64,000 bases of DNA from the human T2T-CHM13v2.0 reference genome, Homo sapiens: NCBI RefSeq assembly GCF_009914755.1, contig NC_060934.1. One strand, written 5' to 3'. The notes beneath the pieces were generated by a model. The model ran no database searches. It had not been told where the DNA came from and was given only the letters and a program-made list of their open reading frames with translations. Position numbers and translations under genes: made by a program. This document shows positions 61,737 through 64,000 of the stretch, piece by piece; the first letter of the stretch is position 1, and every line of letters begins with the position of its first letter.

Positions 61737-63054
61737 GTAGGTTTTATATATTCTTTAAATTTTTACTTATATAATACTTTCTAGTTTTTCCACCATCAGC
61801 TGAAAGTTTTTGAAACAAATATTTGAAAACCAGGTATCCACACATAGCACTTTTATTCCTGACTAGTTTTGCACACTTGAAAATTGTTTACTTATTTTAC
61901 AACTGTTTTACTGATGCTATCTTTATTGTTTTTGCCGTATTCTGACATGTCAAATCTATGCCTTGAATTATATCATCTCTTTTCCTGTGGGTTTCATTTG
62001 TTAAATTCATTGGATTTTAATAATATAAAAGTATAGCTAATTGTTCAGTTTTAACTATTTTTAATTATCTTCTTAACAAATAAGAAGTTGCTTTAAACAT
62101 TAACCAATTTTCTATATTTAGCTATACAGAGTAATTGAACTTAACATGTTTTTGTCAACACCAATTACATTTTCAGCTTTTAAAAATGGTAGCTTTTGTG
62201 AAATAGAATCAGTGACCAGTATAGCACTTAGATCCCTTCTAACTCATATAATTTTTCTCAGCCAATCCATTCACAAGCTTGGCATTGACATGTGCTGCTA
62301 GTTTATAAACTGGCATTGACGAAAATCATTTGAATCTCTTCTGGCTGAGATAATTTGCCAATGCAAAATACAGTTGTCATTAATCCTGCACATTAGAAAT
62401 TATTAGAAACATATTACTTTTTAACTTTAAATCTCAAAGAGATTTTGAGTTATTGAATTCTTAAGGCTTTCTTAGCTTGAACTGATAACTATGCATTATG
62501 AACCCTAAGTCAATATATTTTTGGTGGTTTTAGTGATCAGTAATCAAATTTGTACTTATTATGCTTGTTCAGGTAATTTACTTGACTGTTCTATTTGTTT
62601 GTCCAAAAGATAAAATGATGAGAGAGATTCGAGAGGTCTTTGATCTGTCTCCCTTTTAAGAAATGAAGCCAGCTGGTAATGTATATTCAGGACTTCCTCA
62701 GAGTATTGGCCAAGAACATAATGTTTACACAGGAGTACCTTGGTATAATGCATACATTGTCTCATGATACTAGTCATAAAATATTTTATGGATTATTTCA
62801 CATTCTTCATATATAACAAGTAAAATTAATTCAGTTTTCTTCTCCCAACGTTTAATTCTGAATAACTCTATCTACTTTACCCTAATTTTTAGCCTCTTAA
62901 TTTCTGGAAGGACTCTAATTTCTATTCCAAATTTCTATGAATTCTAATTGTAAATTATCGGAACAGAGTTTTATTTATATGACCTGGTACTAGACTTCTT
63001 AATATAACTGTTACACTGTCCTTGTCTTTCCTACTCAAAGACAGTATCATCTGA

Positions 63055-63413
<359 letters not shown>

Positions 63414-64000
63414 ACCATTTTATCTCTCTAAAGTCTGGTCCCAGTATTAAACCTATTCTTTAGTAAACTCATATTACTGTCCTAAATTGAAGAAATTATT
63501 TATTACTCTGTACTTCTAGACTCAAAATTCTTTATCAAAGATAGTCTCAAAGAGGTAGTACAAGTCCTGTTTAACTGCACTTTTTCACATTCACAGTGCT
63601 TCCTCTGATATCTTTCCTTACATCATTATACACTGTTGATATCATTTTACTCTTCTTTCTCTTCTACATTTCTTAAATTTTGGTTCTTTTCCTGTACATG
63701 TGTTTTAGCGGGGCCCTTTTCTTTGAACTTTGTCTAATTAGCCTGTACATTTTTGTTTCTTTTAAGGTAGAACAGATCTTTTTTTGTTTCTCCTTTTAAG
63801 TCTACTGGTTTTAAAAGAGGTAAATGTATCCATAGACCACAGTGCCTTGCTTTTTCCTCTGCCAGCACATGGAGCACGGGATTAGATGCACAAACCTATT
63901 TAGGGAACTATTTTGGTAGATGTTTGAGTTTATACAGAAATTGCAGCTGGTATTTTATTTTGCTGTACATTTACTCAACTTGTCCATTAGTATTTAACTA

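Overview
Primate (almost certainly human, given a near-pristine AluYb8) genomic DNA covering the 3' part of REEP3, an ER-shaping DP1/Yop1-family protein, on the + strand. Coding exons 2-8 can be read directly, with GT-AG boundaries and consistent phases: 6468-6540, 34906-34982, 38476-38596, 39623-39736, 50631-50778, 60050-60195 and 61228-61284. They total 736 nt; the 32 coding nt expected from exon 1, which lies upstream of the window, complete a 255-aa ORF. An AT-rich 3' UTR follows. The rest is intron, packed with about 50 Alu copies or fragments, L1/HAL1/L2/MIR remnants, MaLR/ERVL LTRs and hAT/Tigger MITEs. Nearly all ORFs in the supplied track are Alu-derived or chance ORFs. I see no evidence of a new multi-gene biological system. 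The best leads are gene-regulatory and retrotransposition details: candidate intronic-polyadenylation or read-through isoforms after exons 5, 6 and 7; an Alu-orientation layout favouring back-splicing; a young AluYb8; a 3'-truncated U2 retrocopy; an Alu whose tail is replaced by a G-quadruplex motif; repeated insertions at the same target site; and a CpG-retaining CTCF-like site. Repeat subfamily calls and boundaries are by eye and approximate.
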